This document shows, piece by piece, positions 24,649 to 36,478 of a stretch of 64,000 nucleotides of DNA; position 1 is the first letter of the stretch; every line of letters starts with the position of its first letter. The stretch covers positions 248,001 through 312,000 of the forward strand of contig NW_021831847.1 in NCBI RefSeq assembly GCF_006345805.1, given 5' to 3'. The notes beneath the pieces were generated by a model that did no database searches, was not told the origin of the DNA, and saw only the letters and a list, made by a program, of their open reading frames with translations. This stretch comes from Octopus sinensis (Eukaryota). The translations under genes and the position numbers were made by a program.

Positions 24649-24820
24649 AATGACCTACATGGTTTGACATTCAATTAAAAATTAGTGTCAAACTATGTAG
24701 GTCGCCCTGTCAATCTTGTCAGCAATGAAGGTCGCTCTGGTCGCTAGCGTAATTCGCGACATATTATTTATACTAACTATAATCATATTATGGGCAACAA
24801 AACAATTATTATTTGCTAAA

Positions 24821-25879
24821 TTAACAATCAAAAAGGTCTTCACCACGAGTAACTCTGGGATAATATTCTTCAACCTGGTTAACAAATCCCATCAATTTTT
24901 CTGGTGTCAAAACCTTTTTTGCTTCTCCCACTATTTCTTCCAATATTTTCAGCCTATATTCAGAAATTGAAGGACCATCCGAAGTTTTGTTATATTTGAG
25001 AATTATTGGCATCTTTTCTCTTAGCATTTTTTTTACTTCTGCTTTGAAAATACTCCAGGCTAATTCAATTGGGTTTAATAAGTAGGAATATGGAGGCAAT
25101 CGTAAAAGTTCAATATTTTCTTCCTGCTCCACAACTGATTCCAATTGATTGTGAACATGAGCATTGTCAGTTATAAAAGTAGGATTTTGTACGGATAAAT
25201 ACCTACATTCATTAATTAATTCTTTCATCCATTCTTTATAATCTTCTTCTCTGTAAGAACCTCTTTTGCATTGAAAATTAAGCAATGTTGAAGCAGACAT
25301 TGCACTTATACAATATAAGTTAGTGACTCTCGAATTTGGAGTCAAAACCAAAGAACGAGATCCTATTTTTGATCGACCTTCTTTTCTCGTACAATATAAA
25401 TTATAATTGGATTCATCGATCCAAATTAAAGTTCTTCCAGTCGATTTTGCTTTAGACAAGCAATCCAAATAATGTATTCTTTTTTCTTTATTTTCAAGAG
25501 AATTGACATTGGCCACTATAGGTCGACAGGTGTTGAGAGAAATCAATTCCCCATCAAGCCAATTTTTCACTGTTGTAACAGACACAGATATTGAATGATT
25601 ATTTTGTATTTTCTCCGCACATTCTTTCAAAGTGATCTGAGGATCAGCTTCAATCCAACTGATTAATTCATTTACAATTATTTGACTTTTTTTTGAATGT
25701 CGTTTACCTCCTTTTGGACGTCTTTCATTATCTTTATTTAGAATCCACTGATAAGCTGTTCTCCAATGCACTCCAAGAGAAGAACATAGAGACTTCCAAT
25801 CTCCAAAACTTTCGTGTGTTTCAATTATTATTTTTCTTGTATCATCACTGTACTTGCGATATCTTGTTCTTTCAGTCAT
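24821..25879 (-). mobile_element. Intact IS630/Tc1-like transposase ORF (352 aa from ATG 25879)
   Basis: HTH N-terminus, WIDESNY, TDNAHVH, RLPPYSYLLNPIE; no stops or frameshifts. TIRs not found. Confidence 0.88.
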
Positions 25880-25964
25880 CAAACAATTTTCGATGTATTT
25901 TACGAAAAATTTTTTATATGCAACATTGACTATCGTAATTACAAATTTGAAGTTTATAATTGGA

Positions 25965-26127
25965 AAATTGATTTTTGCGGTTAACATTTGAAGTATGTAA
26001 TTCACAAATTGATTTTTGCGATTAACAATTGAAGAATGTAATTCACAAATTGATTTTGCGGTTTACAATTGAAGTTTGTAATTCACAAATTGAATTATGC
26101 AGATGGCATTTGAAGTTTGTAATGGAC
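25965..26127. repeat. Four tandem 40-41 bp repeats upstream of the transposase
   Basis: Unit AAATTGATTTTTGCGGTTAACATTTGAAGTATGTAATTCAC with variants at 25965, 26006, 26047, 26087. Confidence 0.9.
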
Positions 26128-26151
26128 AAATCAATTATCAAAAGAAAAATG

Positions 26152-26990
26152 TTAATAGATTAATCGATTGAAGGGCCAGCGGTCTGACGGATCGCCAAAC
26201 TGTTTCCCCAGATACGGCGATCGAGAACCGCTGGAAAAGTCAGTCCACATCCCGAGGATCGTGAGTGCGTATTTCGCCCCGAACTTGCGGAGAAACTTTT
26301 CCGTCTTTGGATCAAGAGCACCCGACGTCTCCACCGCTATCGGCATCACGAAAAACTCATCCGAAAGAACAGAATATTTGGCTAGCTTTAAATTTTCAGC
26401 CTTCTTAGCAGCAAATTTAGTTTCCAGACCATACGAAGTTAGGTGTGAAGCAGAAAATGTATCCCAGCAGGTTGCGTCCCATACGAGACTTTTTCCGCCC
26501 TCAAAAGAGAAAAGAGTCATCCCGTCAGGACTTTTCCCGTAACCGCGGTCAAGAACCGGTGGTTCGAGGACCGAAGGAAATCCCGCCGAGTCAAGGGCTC
26601 TCTGTATGATGTCAGTAATAGCCAAATGCCTCGGAAAACATCCGCCACTCCTCTTGCACGATAATGGATGCAGACTGAATGGGTCAACACTGCAGCCACA
26701 GCGACACACGTGCGGGACACTTTTCCTTAGCCCAAGGCGCAGAGATTTTAATCCTTACCGATTCATCGTTGAAGAGAGTGTCAGGCGTTCGGGAATGCAC
26801 AAAGCCAAGCTCCACTGGCCGGGGATGCTGCGGAAAGAAGGCAAGCGCGGCGGTGTTGGTTGGACGACTCGAACAGCGGATTGAAAGTCTGCTTCATCCT
26901 ATTCGATCCCAGGCTCGTTGAGACATTCGATCTTCGGGAAGGTCAAGACCTTGTTCCCTCCAGACTTCGCTGAAATGAGCCACATTTGTG
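26152..26990 (-). mobile_element. CRE 3' portion (zinc knuckle + REL)
   Basis: CRCGCSVDPFSLHPLSC, GKSPDGMTLF, VWDATCWDTF, PIAVETSG. Confidence 0.85.
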
Positions 26991-27198
26991 TCCAAGGTAA
27001 ATTCAAAAAAAGAGCGTAGAATTTCCATGACAAGAGCGTAGAATTTCTTCCATCTAGATTTTTTCGGACAGTAAAAAGTTGGGATTTTTTAATAAATATT
27101 TATAAATAGTATTATTATAAATAAAATTTTTAATGGTTAACATCATTAAATAAATAATCTTTCTACGTAAGCTTCTTGTGTATTTTATTGTCTGTGGA

Positions 27199-27589
27199 AT
27201 GGATAGTCCGCTTACACCACATGTAAAAAAATATGATCTGTTTTTTGAAGCACCTAAAAGCTGCCCCCCTAAACTAACGTCAAAGTACAAAAGCACATCT
27301 CCACTTTACAACTGTGAAGAACGTTGTTATGCTGCAGAACGAAGGAGATATGTAATAAGTTCAAATAACACTGCAGAATTTCCTAAAGCGAGTGTCGAAT
27401 GATTTATACTACCGACGGGTGAATGGCCAGGAGGACGCCCACTTAAAAAAGAGGGACATTGAGTACAGTTTTAAGTGTCGGACCCACGAAAACATGTCAT
27501 TCAAGCAAGAGCGTGCTCACTCCTTTGTTGAGGACAGATTGATGGACATTCGGAATAATGCTTCCGTCCGATCTCGCAGATGTAATTAG
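27199..27589 (+). CDS. Small coiled-coil protein, possibly stathmin-like (1 intron)
   Basis: A 25-nt phase-0 intron joins ...PPKL...EERCYAAERRRY to NFLKRVSNDL...; the AAExRR motif weakly recalls stathmin. Confidence 0.4.
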
Positions 27590-28263
27590 TTTGATGTGTT
27601 TTGTTATGGGTAACGTGTTTTATACTCTCTTGTCTTGTATTCTTTTCACAAAAAATTATACTATTAGTGTTCTATTTGTCTATGTTTAATTAAGGGGATA
27701 GACTGAGTGGATTTGTTGGATATGGTGACTAGCATTAGGAAGGCTTTCTCATGTGTGAGTGAAGCAATTGGCAGTATAATTAGTGAGATAATTGCTTGGC
27801 AGTTCTTATTGATTCAAGACTGATTAATAAGCGCCTACGGAATTGTAAAATTAGACTATGAGGTCTAACTTGCACATCGTTTGTTCTTCTTCTGTTCAAC
27901 TACTTTCTTCACGGACACTCAGTGATCCTCATTGGAAGGGAAAGACACAATGTTTACCTCAATTTAGACGAATTTCAAAAATTTAGTTAGGACGGGATTT
28001 AAAAACTATTATGACTTCCCAGTCAGGAATATGTATAGTTGACTATCTTATTGGTAGTTAGTCTGCTGATTATACAGACATAGATAGAAATAATAACAAT
28101 CAGTGTTGGATCGAACTACACAGTGGTTGTACAAAATTAAAATATTATGGATAAGCGTTTTTAGTAATCCAAGTCTTAAGTCTGATCAATGTTAGATAGA
28201 CACAATGCCTTGTTAATAAGAATTTCTCTAAAATATATTAAGTTATATAATAGTGCAGTTACT

Positions 28264-29889
28264 ATGGAAAGAGATCAAGTTCCTTTATTAGATGATGAGG
28301 AGTAGAGGAGACCGAACCACCCAGGGAACATGTCCAACTCACAAGCGGACTACTGGGAACTGTACTACGACTCATTCGACGAAAGTGGAAACCTCGTCTT
28401 TGACGCGGCTTTCGAAAGTGGTACTCGACAATCCGGCATAGCCCAGGGAATCTGAGCCGAGTCGAGCAGTGTTCGAACGTGAGTTACGATCTGCACGTGC
28501 GGGGTGACACAAACAACGACAATTATCGTCTTTGGTTTTACTTTGGAATTAAAAACGCCAAAAAATCCCAAGTAAATATATTACTGGAGATTAGCATGTG
28601 ATATTGAATATTGTCAACTTTTCTAAAGTAAAGTCCCTTTACAGAGAAGGAATGTCTCCTGTCGTGAAGAGTACAAGCCGGCCTTATTGGTACGTTTCTA
28701 ACACTACCCTGCAGGGTCAGAATGCCGTCTAAACAAGTCTTTTACTACAAGAGTCCTGCCCATGGAAACAACTACGTTATGTCGTTTGCATTCTGCTTTG
28801 ACTTGCCCTGTGATGTCTACTACTTTGCCTACTCCTACCCCTACACATACTCCCGCCTCCAAAGATATCTCTCTTCCACCGAGGAACACTTTTCTAACTG
28901 TTTTTTCCGACAACTGTTGGGAAGAAGTCTGGTAGGATTTCTATCTCAGGGCAGTATGGACGGAGAATCGACCTGATCCTCATCACCCACGACGTGCGAC
29001 ACATTCCCTGGACTTGTCGGAGGATCGTCATAGTCACGGCCAGAGTACACCCTGGGGAAAGCCCATCGTCGATTGTCTGTCAGGGTTAGTTTGCAGTTCT
29101 ACTGAAGGGCTAATGGACTTTCTTGTGTCCCACAGTCCCGAGGCTACAAATCTGCTGAAACAAGTCATTTTTATAATCATTCCCATGCTTAATCCGGACG
29201 GAGTGCATGTCGGCAATTATCGGTACTCTTTTCCTGTCAAACAGATGCAACGTCCTGGGAGATGACCTCAACCGACAGTGGGAGAATCCACAACTCGACA
29301 AACATCCGGGAATATATTTGGCAAAAAAGTATGTGACGTACTTGGGCGGACAGGAGGTTTGAGTTGTTAGCAATGTAGAATTATAAACTGGACTTTTACA
29401 TTGACCTGCACACTCATTCGACGCTCAAGTCGGGCTTCATATATGGAAATAAATACGACGATGTCCACAAATGTGAACAGCAAATGTGCTTCCCCAAAAT
29501 ATTCAAACTCAACGCACATGACTTTTCCGTAGCCAACACAACCTTTAACCGTCATTTCCATAAGCTGGGGACCGGGAGGAGGTGGATAGTCTTTTCATTT
29601 TTAGAACATTTGGGGGGATCCTTTCGGAAAGCTGTCTTTCATATACTCTCGAGGTGTCCTTTCATGGCTATCAGACGCCGGACCAGTCGACATCCACGCC
29701 CTACACCGTCCAGTCTTGTTGAGTATGTAAATTATTTTTATAGATTTAAACCTTGGGAAAAACCTGGGACTGACTTTTCTGGATTACTACAAAGCCAAGG
29801 GGTTTTATGGGGAGAATGAGGAACAACATGTCATGCGCAGAATCTCCGATCAAAATGACCACTTTAAGTGCTTTAATAAATTTTTGTAG
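28264..29889 (+). CDS. AGBL4: Cytosolic carboxypeptidase 6-like tubulin deglutamylase
   Basis: FDAAFESG, YYKSPAHGNNYVMSFAFCFD...YFAYSYPYTYSRLQ, HPGE, PMLNPDGV..GNYR, IDLHTHS, YTLEVSF, FLDYY; many short introns. Confidence 0.88.
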
Positions 29890-31050
29890 TCACCCATTTT
29901 ATAAATAAACTATAATTTAATGCGAATTTTTACGTTCATGCAAAAGTGGACTAAAACTCTCTTTGCTTGGTGGGTATTTTACTTAGTCAGGCATGAGCTG
30001 CGATATGAGACTTGAATGAGGCGAATGTGATTTGTTGGGGAACCAGTTGGGTATAGCGGAAAGCTCTAATTCGAATTTGCCTGATTTTGTTTAAAAATTA
30101 ATTATAAAAATAAAATTATAGGGGTATTACTTATGATTTTGTAAAATTAATGTGTCATTTAGGTCAAATAAATATTCATTCTTTCAGTAAAATGCATACC
30201 TTTCTGCTTATATTAATCAACAGACAATCACTTGTAACCTCAGAATATTTAATATTTACAGAACCGATTGCACATACAACTCAAGATTAAATAATGATAA
30301 TTTGACTTATATAGTCTTTTTAAAAAAAGTGAAATTCTCTAACCCTCCCAGATTTACTAATTTACTTTCTCTCAAAAAATTGTATGTATAAATCTCATTT
30401 TAGTTACTGTCGAACCGATACTCTGACCAAAATAGTAAATGTCTCTTTTGGCGGACACAAATCTTTGTCTTTGATGTAAATCTAATGTATATCGAATTTT
30501 AGATCTCTGGTTTCATGCCAAAAACTTTACTATATTCACGTCGATGCATTTTCTCAGATTCCATCTCTCTCTTCTTTGTATTTTTGTTTTGTAATTTTAG
30601 ATACATGCCTTTTAAAAGAATTTTCATTTTGTTCAAATTCAAGCCAGCACAAATTGCGTATGGTTACTAACTCATTATAGACTCCATTTAACTATGTCAC
30701 AGATAATGTGCCTCTCGGAGAAGAGTGCTCAACCAATTTCGTAAACCAAATTAATAATTCTAGAATTGTGACTACGAATAAAAGTGATTCTGAGAAGAAA
30801 ATATATGTCACAAATCATACCATCTTGTTGGAAAGGTCAGAAATGAAAATCGTGGAGGCCTACGGTCTTTTATAATTAACAGTTTATTAGAATGTAACAA
30901 TTGTCTTCCTACACTGACAAATAACATAATTTGTCCCCGAAATATTTAATTAACTTAATTTCATTCTTTAATTAACAATTTTATTCTTATTCAACAAACC
31001 ACATGAAATAATTAGCAACAACGCTTCAAAATTAAAAAATAATCAGATAA

Positions 31051-31466
31051 CTAAAGACCCTCCTCCAATTCGATGATCCTCTCCGCCATGTTGGCCACAA
31101 CCGACCGGAGTTGCCTGATTTCCTCGATGAGCTATAAATTGTGGATAAACAACAACATCTTGGTTTTCGGAGAGCGACTCACTCAAAGCGAGTCTCCTTT
31201 CTTCTGCTAATTCTTTCCAATAGTCCGCAGACCGGCCTAATACTTTATTAGACATGATGCTGACTGTCATATAGCACTGAAATTATGTCCGGCTGATCAG
31301 GTTTGGCGTATTCAAGCACTAAATTAGGAGATGTGGGTTTGCTGTGTTTATCGTGGATTGTTTTGGGATGTGGTATACATTCAATGTTCTCCTTGTTGTA
31401 CATTTGCCATTAGTACTATACTTTGTCGGGATTCTCTGCTAGGGGGATATTCTTGCTATATTCCAT
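31051..31466 (-). CDS. GMNN: Geminin-like replication licensing inhibitor (very short)
   Basis: RRTLNV D-box-like motif; SADYWKELAEERRLALSESLSEN coiled coil; 25-nt intron then LIEEIRQLRSVV. Confidence 0.75.
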
Positions 31467-31776
31467 GTATTCACAACAGCACAACAACAATGTAAAAATA
31501 GCCGCGCAAACTATTTTATTATGTAAAGAATCACTAATTATTTATTTATAACAAAATAAATTAATTAAGTTAATATTAAATTAATATTATATCAATATTC
31601 TGATCATTTAGACATTTGAATAATATGGAATGCAGAGCTTTACATTCGATCCTCTTGATTAACCAAATTAATACATCCTTGAAACTTTCTCTTTATTTAA
31701 ATAATGTGAATTTAATTTTTGGTTCAAGATGTTGAAATAATCGTAGAAATTGATCTTAAATATTTTTAAATTTTAA

Positions 31777-33190
31777 ATGTTTCGTAGTGATGTGGGGCCT
31801 CAGAATAAACGTAGAGAAATCATTAACTGTTTATCGAAATCACACATTTTCAATTGCAATCCAAACAAGGAATTAGTGTCTGAACTAATACGTGTAATTA
31901 AAGAAGGCCGCTCTGAAAATATCGACATATCTGAATTCCCCTTTCTCCCCACAGATCTCGTGCATTCAATATCAAATTCCCCCCTCCGACGATATGTCAG
32001 GTAGGCCCTAACAATCCTTGCCAGGATCCACGACTCCTCCCTCTCCATCGCCTCCCCTTCCGAGGTACAAATCTCCCCCTACTCCAGTTCCTAGCCCATT
32101 TTGAAAAACCACCTAAAAAACGTGACCTTTCATACAAAGAGAGAATAAAATATCGAAAAGACGCGGAAATCCACGACCTGTTAACCCGGCCGACTGGGAA
32201 GGTAGAGTAGAGTGGCCATACAGGAACGACTGAGGAGGAGAAGGCTGAGGAATGTGGAAGGACGAGTGCAGCATTTCTGTGGACACTGCACTCGGGAGGA
32301 CTGTCCGGACAAGGATTGTGCCAAAGTCCACTTTGTCAAAATAATGACGAATTACACGGAGGGTATGCACGTGGGTTGAGTGACAGAGACGTTGGGGGAC
32401 TGTTCGTATCTCAATACTTGTTTCCATATGGACACATGCAAATATCTGCACTACCAAGTGGAGAATGTAGGGAGTGGATTAGTAAGGGTAGGTAGCCAAG
32501 GAGAGGGCGAGAGAAGGAGATATGTTGTGTCGTCCTCCACAGTGGATTCAGTGTGATATCCGATCATTTGATTTGTCTATTTTGGGACAGTTTGGGGTCA
32601 TCATGGCCGACCCTCCCTGGGATATTCACATGGACCTTCCATACGGCACAATGACGGACGATGAGATCAGGAACCTTCCTATAACAAGACTGCAGACGGA
32701 GGGGTTTATATTCCTGTGGGTCACTGGTCGGGCTATGGAGTTGGGGAGGGGACTACTCCGTCAGTGGAAGTGCGTTTGTGTGCTTATTGGAGGTACCGTC
32801 GTGTGGGAGAACTCGTTTGGGTCAAGACCAATCAGCTGCACAGAGTGATAAGGACAGGGCGGACGGGACATTGGTTGAATCACGCCAAGGAACATTGTCT
32901 GGTGGAGTGGGGGTTGAATGATCTAGATTGGGCAAAAGGGGGAGTTCTGCAGTAATCGGGGACTGGATTCGGATGTGATTGTGTCCGAGGTGAGGGAGAC
33001 GTCGAGGAAGCCCGACGAGATTTATGCACTTATTGAACGGTTGTCTCCGGGAACGAGGAAGCTTGAATTGTTTGGTCGTCCCCACAACACGCAGATCAAC
33101 TGGCTTACTCTCGGAGACCAGATTGATGGGGTCAGATTGTCCGAACCCTTTTTGGTTTCCGCCTATCGGGACAAATATGATAAACAGTGA
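31777..33190 (+). CDS. METTL3: m6A mRNA methyltransferase catalytic subunit (MT-A70)
   Basis: CCCH fingers ([20 protein letters not shown]), [58 protein letters not shown]. Confidence 0.95.
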
Positions 33191-33566
33191 CAATTTAATT
33201 AGTTTGGCGAGTAATTTTTATATTGTGAGTCTCCGTGGTGAATTTGTTTATTTTTAATTGTATTATTTTGGATGGAGGTCTGTTGAGGTTACAAATCAAT
33301 TCGAGACTGTCTTAAATGTATAACTAATGTAAATAACGAGAAACTGAACGAGTGGCAAACACTATGAGCTGACAATTTTAGACAGATATTTAAGTCTTTA
33401 AATGCATCGGATTGTCTACAACTAAATGGATTGCATAATAGTTGACCCCTACGTTCATTGCAGAACACTTTTTGATTAACCTGAGTTATAAATTAAGTAG
33501 CTAATAGGATTATTAAAGAGTCTTAAAAGTGCTACTTATAGTAATAATGAGTGTTTATCTGCCGAA

Positions 33567-35670
33567 ATGATTACTCTATGTTTGCTTTCTTTTATTGCAA
33601 GTGTGGACATTGCTTACACAGTCCGTGAACAGTCATCAGTCGGACAAGTAATTGGCAACATTTGCAAAGATTTATTCAATTCAATGTGCGTAGGAAACGT
33701 GTTTTGCAATGTCCAGAACGCCGAGCAGTACATATCCTGCGACAATTCAGGAGATGTTAAAGTTATCATTCAAGTTATTACTCGTGTAGGTTGCTAAATA
33801 TATATTTTTTGATCAAATTGCCAAGCCGACGACAACCTCTTTTGATTTGAATGTCGAAATAGCAGTGAATGGAGTTCAATATAATATGACAATAAAAGTA
33901 AATATATTTTTATACTAATTTCTTGGTTCTTGAACTCGAAAAAGACCCCCCGGTCTTTCCAAGGAATCATCGATTAATCCAATTGCCTGTACTTTTCCGC
34001 GGATTTATGTTGCATCTCCCGAAAGCAGTGGGAGAGGTTAGAGGAGATAAGGCACTAATGAACTACGAACTGATTGAGAATAAGTATTTCAGATTAATGA
34101 CAAACGGATCGCCAGTTCTTATATATAACCACAGTGAGAGTGTTCTTTCACAGGCGATAAAATTGAGACTTTTCGCTTTCGACCGTCAAAATAGAAATTT
34201 GTGGACTTATATGGACATAACATTGCATTCCAACTCTGCTTTGAAGATGTCAGCACAATTACACGATGTGGTACTCTTAGCTCAACCAATCAACGGGGCC
34301 TCGTTGGTCACTGTGAAGAGCACCGAGGATTATGTCACCAAATACGGAATGCCGCAATATAAAATGCAGATGACAAACGTTAATTACAAAATTGACAAAA
34401 ATACAGGAATGATATATCAAGCAAATACAGGATCTCTCGTCAGTGATCAATTTATCATTGAATGTTACTCTCCCCTCACTTCCCAAGTCGAACTAATTAC
34501 AGTAAAGATCCAAATTTACGACCCTGTAAGCATAAAAATCACTGCAGACAAAAACATGCCCAAAATCATAGACTCGTTTGATTATCTCAACTTCAATACG
34601 ATCAGAGTACAAACCTCTGACACGTCTATCGTCGTAAAGTGTACCCTGAACACGGATGAGATCGTTCTTGTTCCCACGTCGAATTATATTTATGACGTGA
34701 ACTTACCGGACTATAATATCGGCATTCCAATGGCATTTTCGAACGTGACTTGCATTGCAGTGGAAACAGATTCCTGTTCTAAAAGATGGTATCCAAACCA
34801 AATCAGGTCCAGTCTGACACTAAAGGTGCTATCTGGAAGATTATTTGGTAGAACGTCAATTTCTACACCGCCAATACCCAACAAATATTCAAAGTCTACG
34901 AAAACCTACCCGACCAGAAGATTTATCTGCCGTTCCTGGAAGCTTTTTCGGCCGTGTTGGCTGGGAATGGGACAAATATTTTCGATAATCAAACATCCTG
35001 TTTCAAAACTAAATTACCAGCGGATTATGAAGAGCAAAAACAATACGATATGGTATTCACTTCTACAACTACGAACATAACATTTTCGCACAAAATTGAT
35101 ATTATCGACGTAAACGACAATTCTCCAGAATTTGTTGGCCATGGCTGCTACACCAAGACTGTTTTAAACAAGAAAAATGGTCAATATTTAACGACTGTTC
35201 TTGCCATTGACGCAGACTCCGAACTGAATGGCCAAATAGACTACAGCATTGATTCGGCGATTGACATGAATGAAGAATTGAATTCCTGCAACACACCAAA
35301 CGACCACAAAAGTTTATTTTTGATTGACAACAACGGAAATATATATGCGAGAGGACGTCTCAAACCCGCATACTATCTCATACAAGTTAGAGCTACTGAT
35401 TCTGGCCCTCAACGTCTTTTTGAAAATATCCACTGCCTTGTTCACGTAATTGAAGAAAAGAAAGAGGAAAGCACCACAAAAAATGCGAAAACAACAACCT
35501 CGAGACAGCCTCAGAATGATCAAAAAAACATCGAAGAATCAATATCCACAGATTCTCATTACATAAAACTGGCCTACATTTGCATTGCTGAATTCTTAGC
35601 GGTTATAATCATAACACTGATTGTCGGAGTAGTTAATTCTTGCTGTCGGCCCAAACATACTTTGATTTGA
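33567..35670 (+). CDS. Protocadherin-like type I membrane protein
   Basis: Signal peptide then YTVREQ..GQVIGNICKDL (EC1); DYEE, DVNDNSPEF, AIDADSELNGQIDYSI, VRATDSG; one TM and a short tail. 26-nt intron near 34.83-34.85 kb. Confidence 0.8.
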
Positions 35671-35757
35671 CAGAATTCGTGCTTAATAATTCACACTAAC
35701 ATGCAATTAATTCATTTTACTAACAAAGTATTTTTCAAACAAACTAAAAACCCACGC

Positions 35758-36165
35758 CTAACCCAGCACTAAATTGTTCTGCTCGATTTCCTGGTCTGCC
35801 AACAACGGAGACACGGCGTCACCTACGACCAACGTCTCCAAACAGTCCACAATTTTTTGGCATGGCTGGGATTTGTCTTTAAAGTCGAATAAGTTGTTGA
35901 TTTTTGGGTTTCGGTGGACTTTTGGTAGGTCGAAATAAGAACGATTATTAGCAGACATTCTACAGACTTGTCGACGTTGTGAATCCGTGGCAGTAGAAAA
36001 CTGAGATTGGGGAGGATGGAATACGATGTTTGTGAATAAGAAAGAGTTCTTACAAGGTTGTTTTATCTCCGAATTTATAAATTCCTTGAATCCTGATAAT
36101 ACAAACAGTGCAATTCGAAATCTCACTAATCTACTTATTTGATAAAGCACATTCTTCCATAGCAA
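35758..36165 (-). CDS. Hypothetical protein
   Basis: 135-aa ATG ORF between two recognisable genes; no motif recognised. Confidence 0.3.
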   Translation of the reverse strand: MLWKNVLYQISRLVRFRIALFVLSGFKEFINSEIKQPCKNSFLFTNIVFHPPQSQFSTATDSQRRQVCRMSANNRSYFDLPKVHRNPKINNLFDFKDKSQPCQKIVDCLETLVVGDAVSPLLADQEIEQNNLVLG

Positions 36166-36478
36166 ATTTTAAACACTAACTTATTCAGAAACAATTTTCA
36201 TCTACAAAATACCGTTCTCTTGTAATAGAAGAAATAATTACTGATTAGTCTCCCTTTTTTGAAGATTCAACATGGGATTCCTCGAGGACCACTAGGGATC
36301 GAATGACCGGAAAGTTAGGAAAACTAGACAGCCAGAATATATAATTGTTGATTTTCTTGTATCAGTCTTGCAGATAATCTGAATTGTTGAACAATGTACA
36401 CATTCTTGGAGTAACCAAGTCACCTGACAATCTCCATCTTAACACTCCCATCACCAAATTATCGACAAAAGAGGTAAA

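Larger units (their letters stand above)
22165..24761. mobile_element. About 165-bp palindromic TGT...ACA MITE 'MITE-D' split by a nested CRE insertion
   Basis: TIRs TGTCGCG...GCGACCAGAGCGACCTTCATTG at both ends; TSD TATTA (22160-22164, 24762-24766); arms at 22165-22227 and 24660-24761. Confidence 0.88.

Noticed and set aside
25965-26127. CRISPR-like repeats
   Set aside because: The repeats are contiguous with no unique spacers, there are no cas genes, and the context is eukaryotic.
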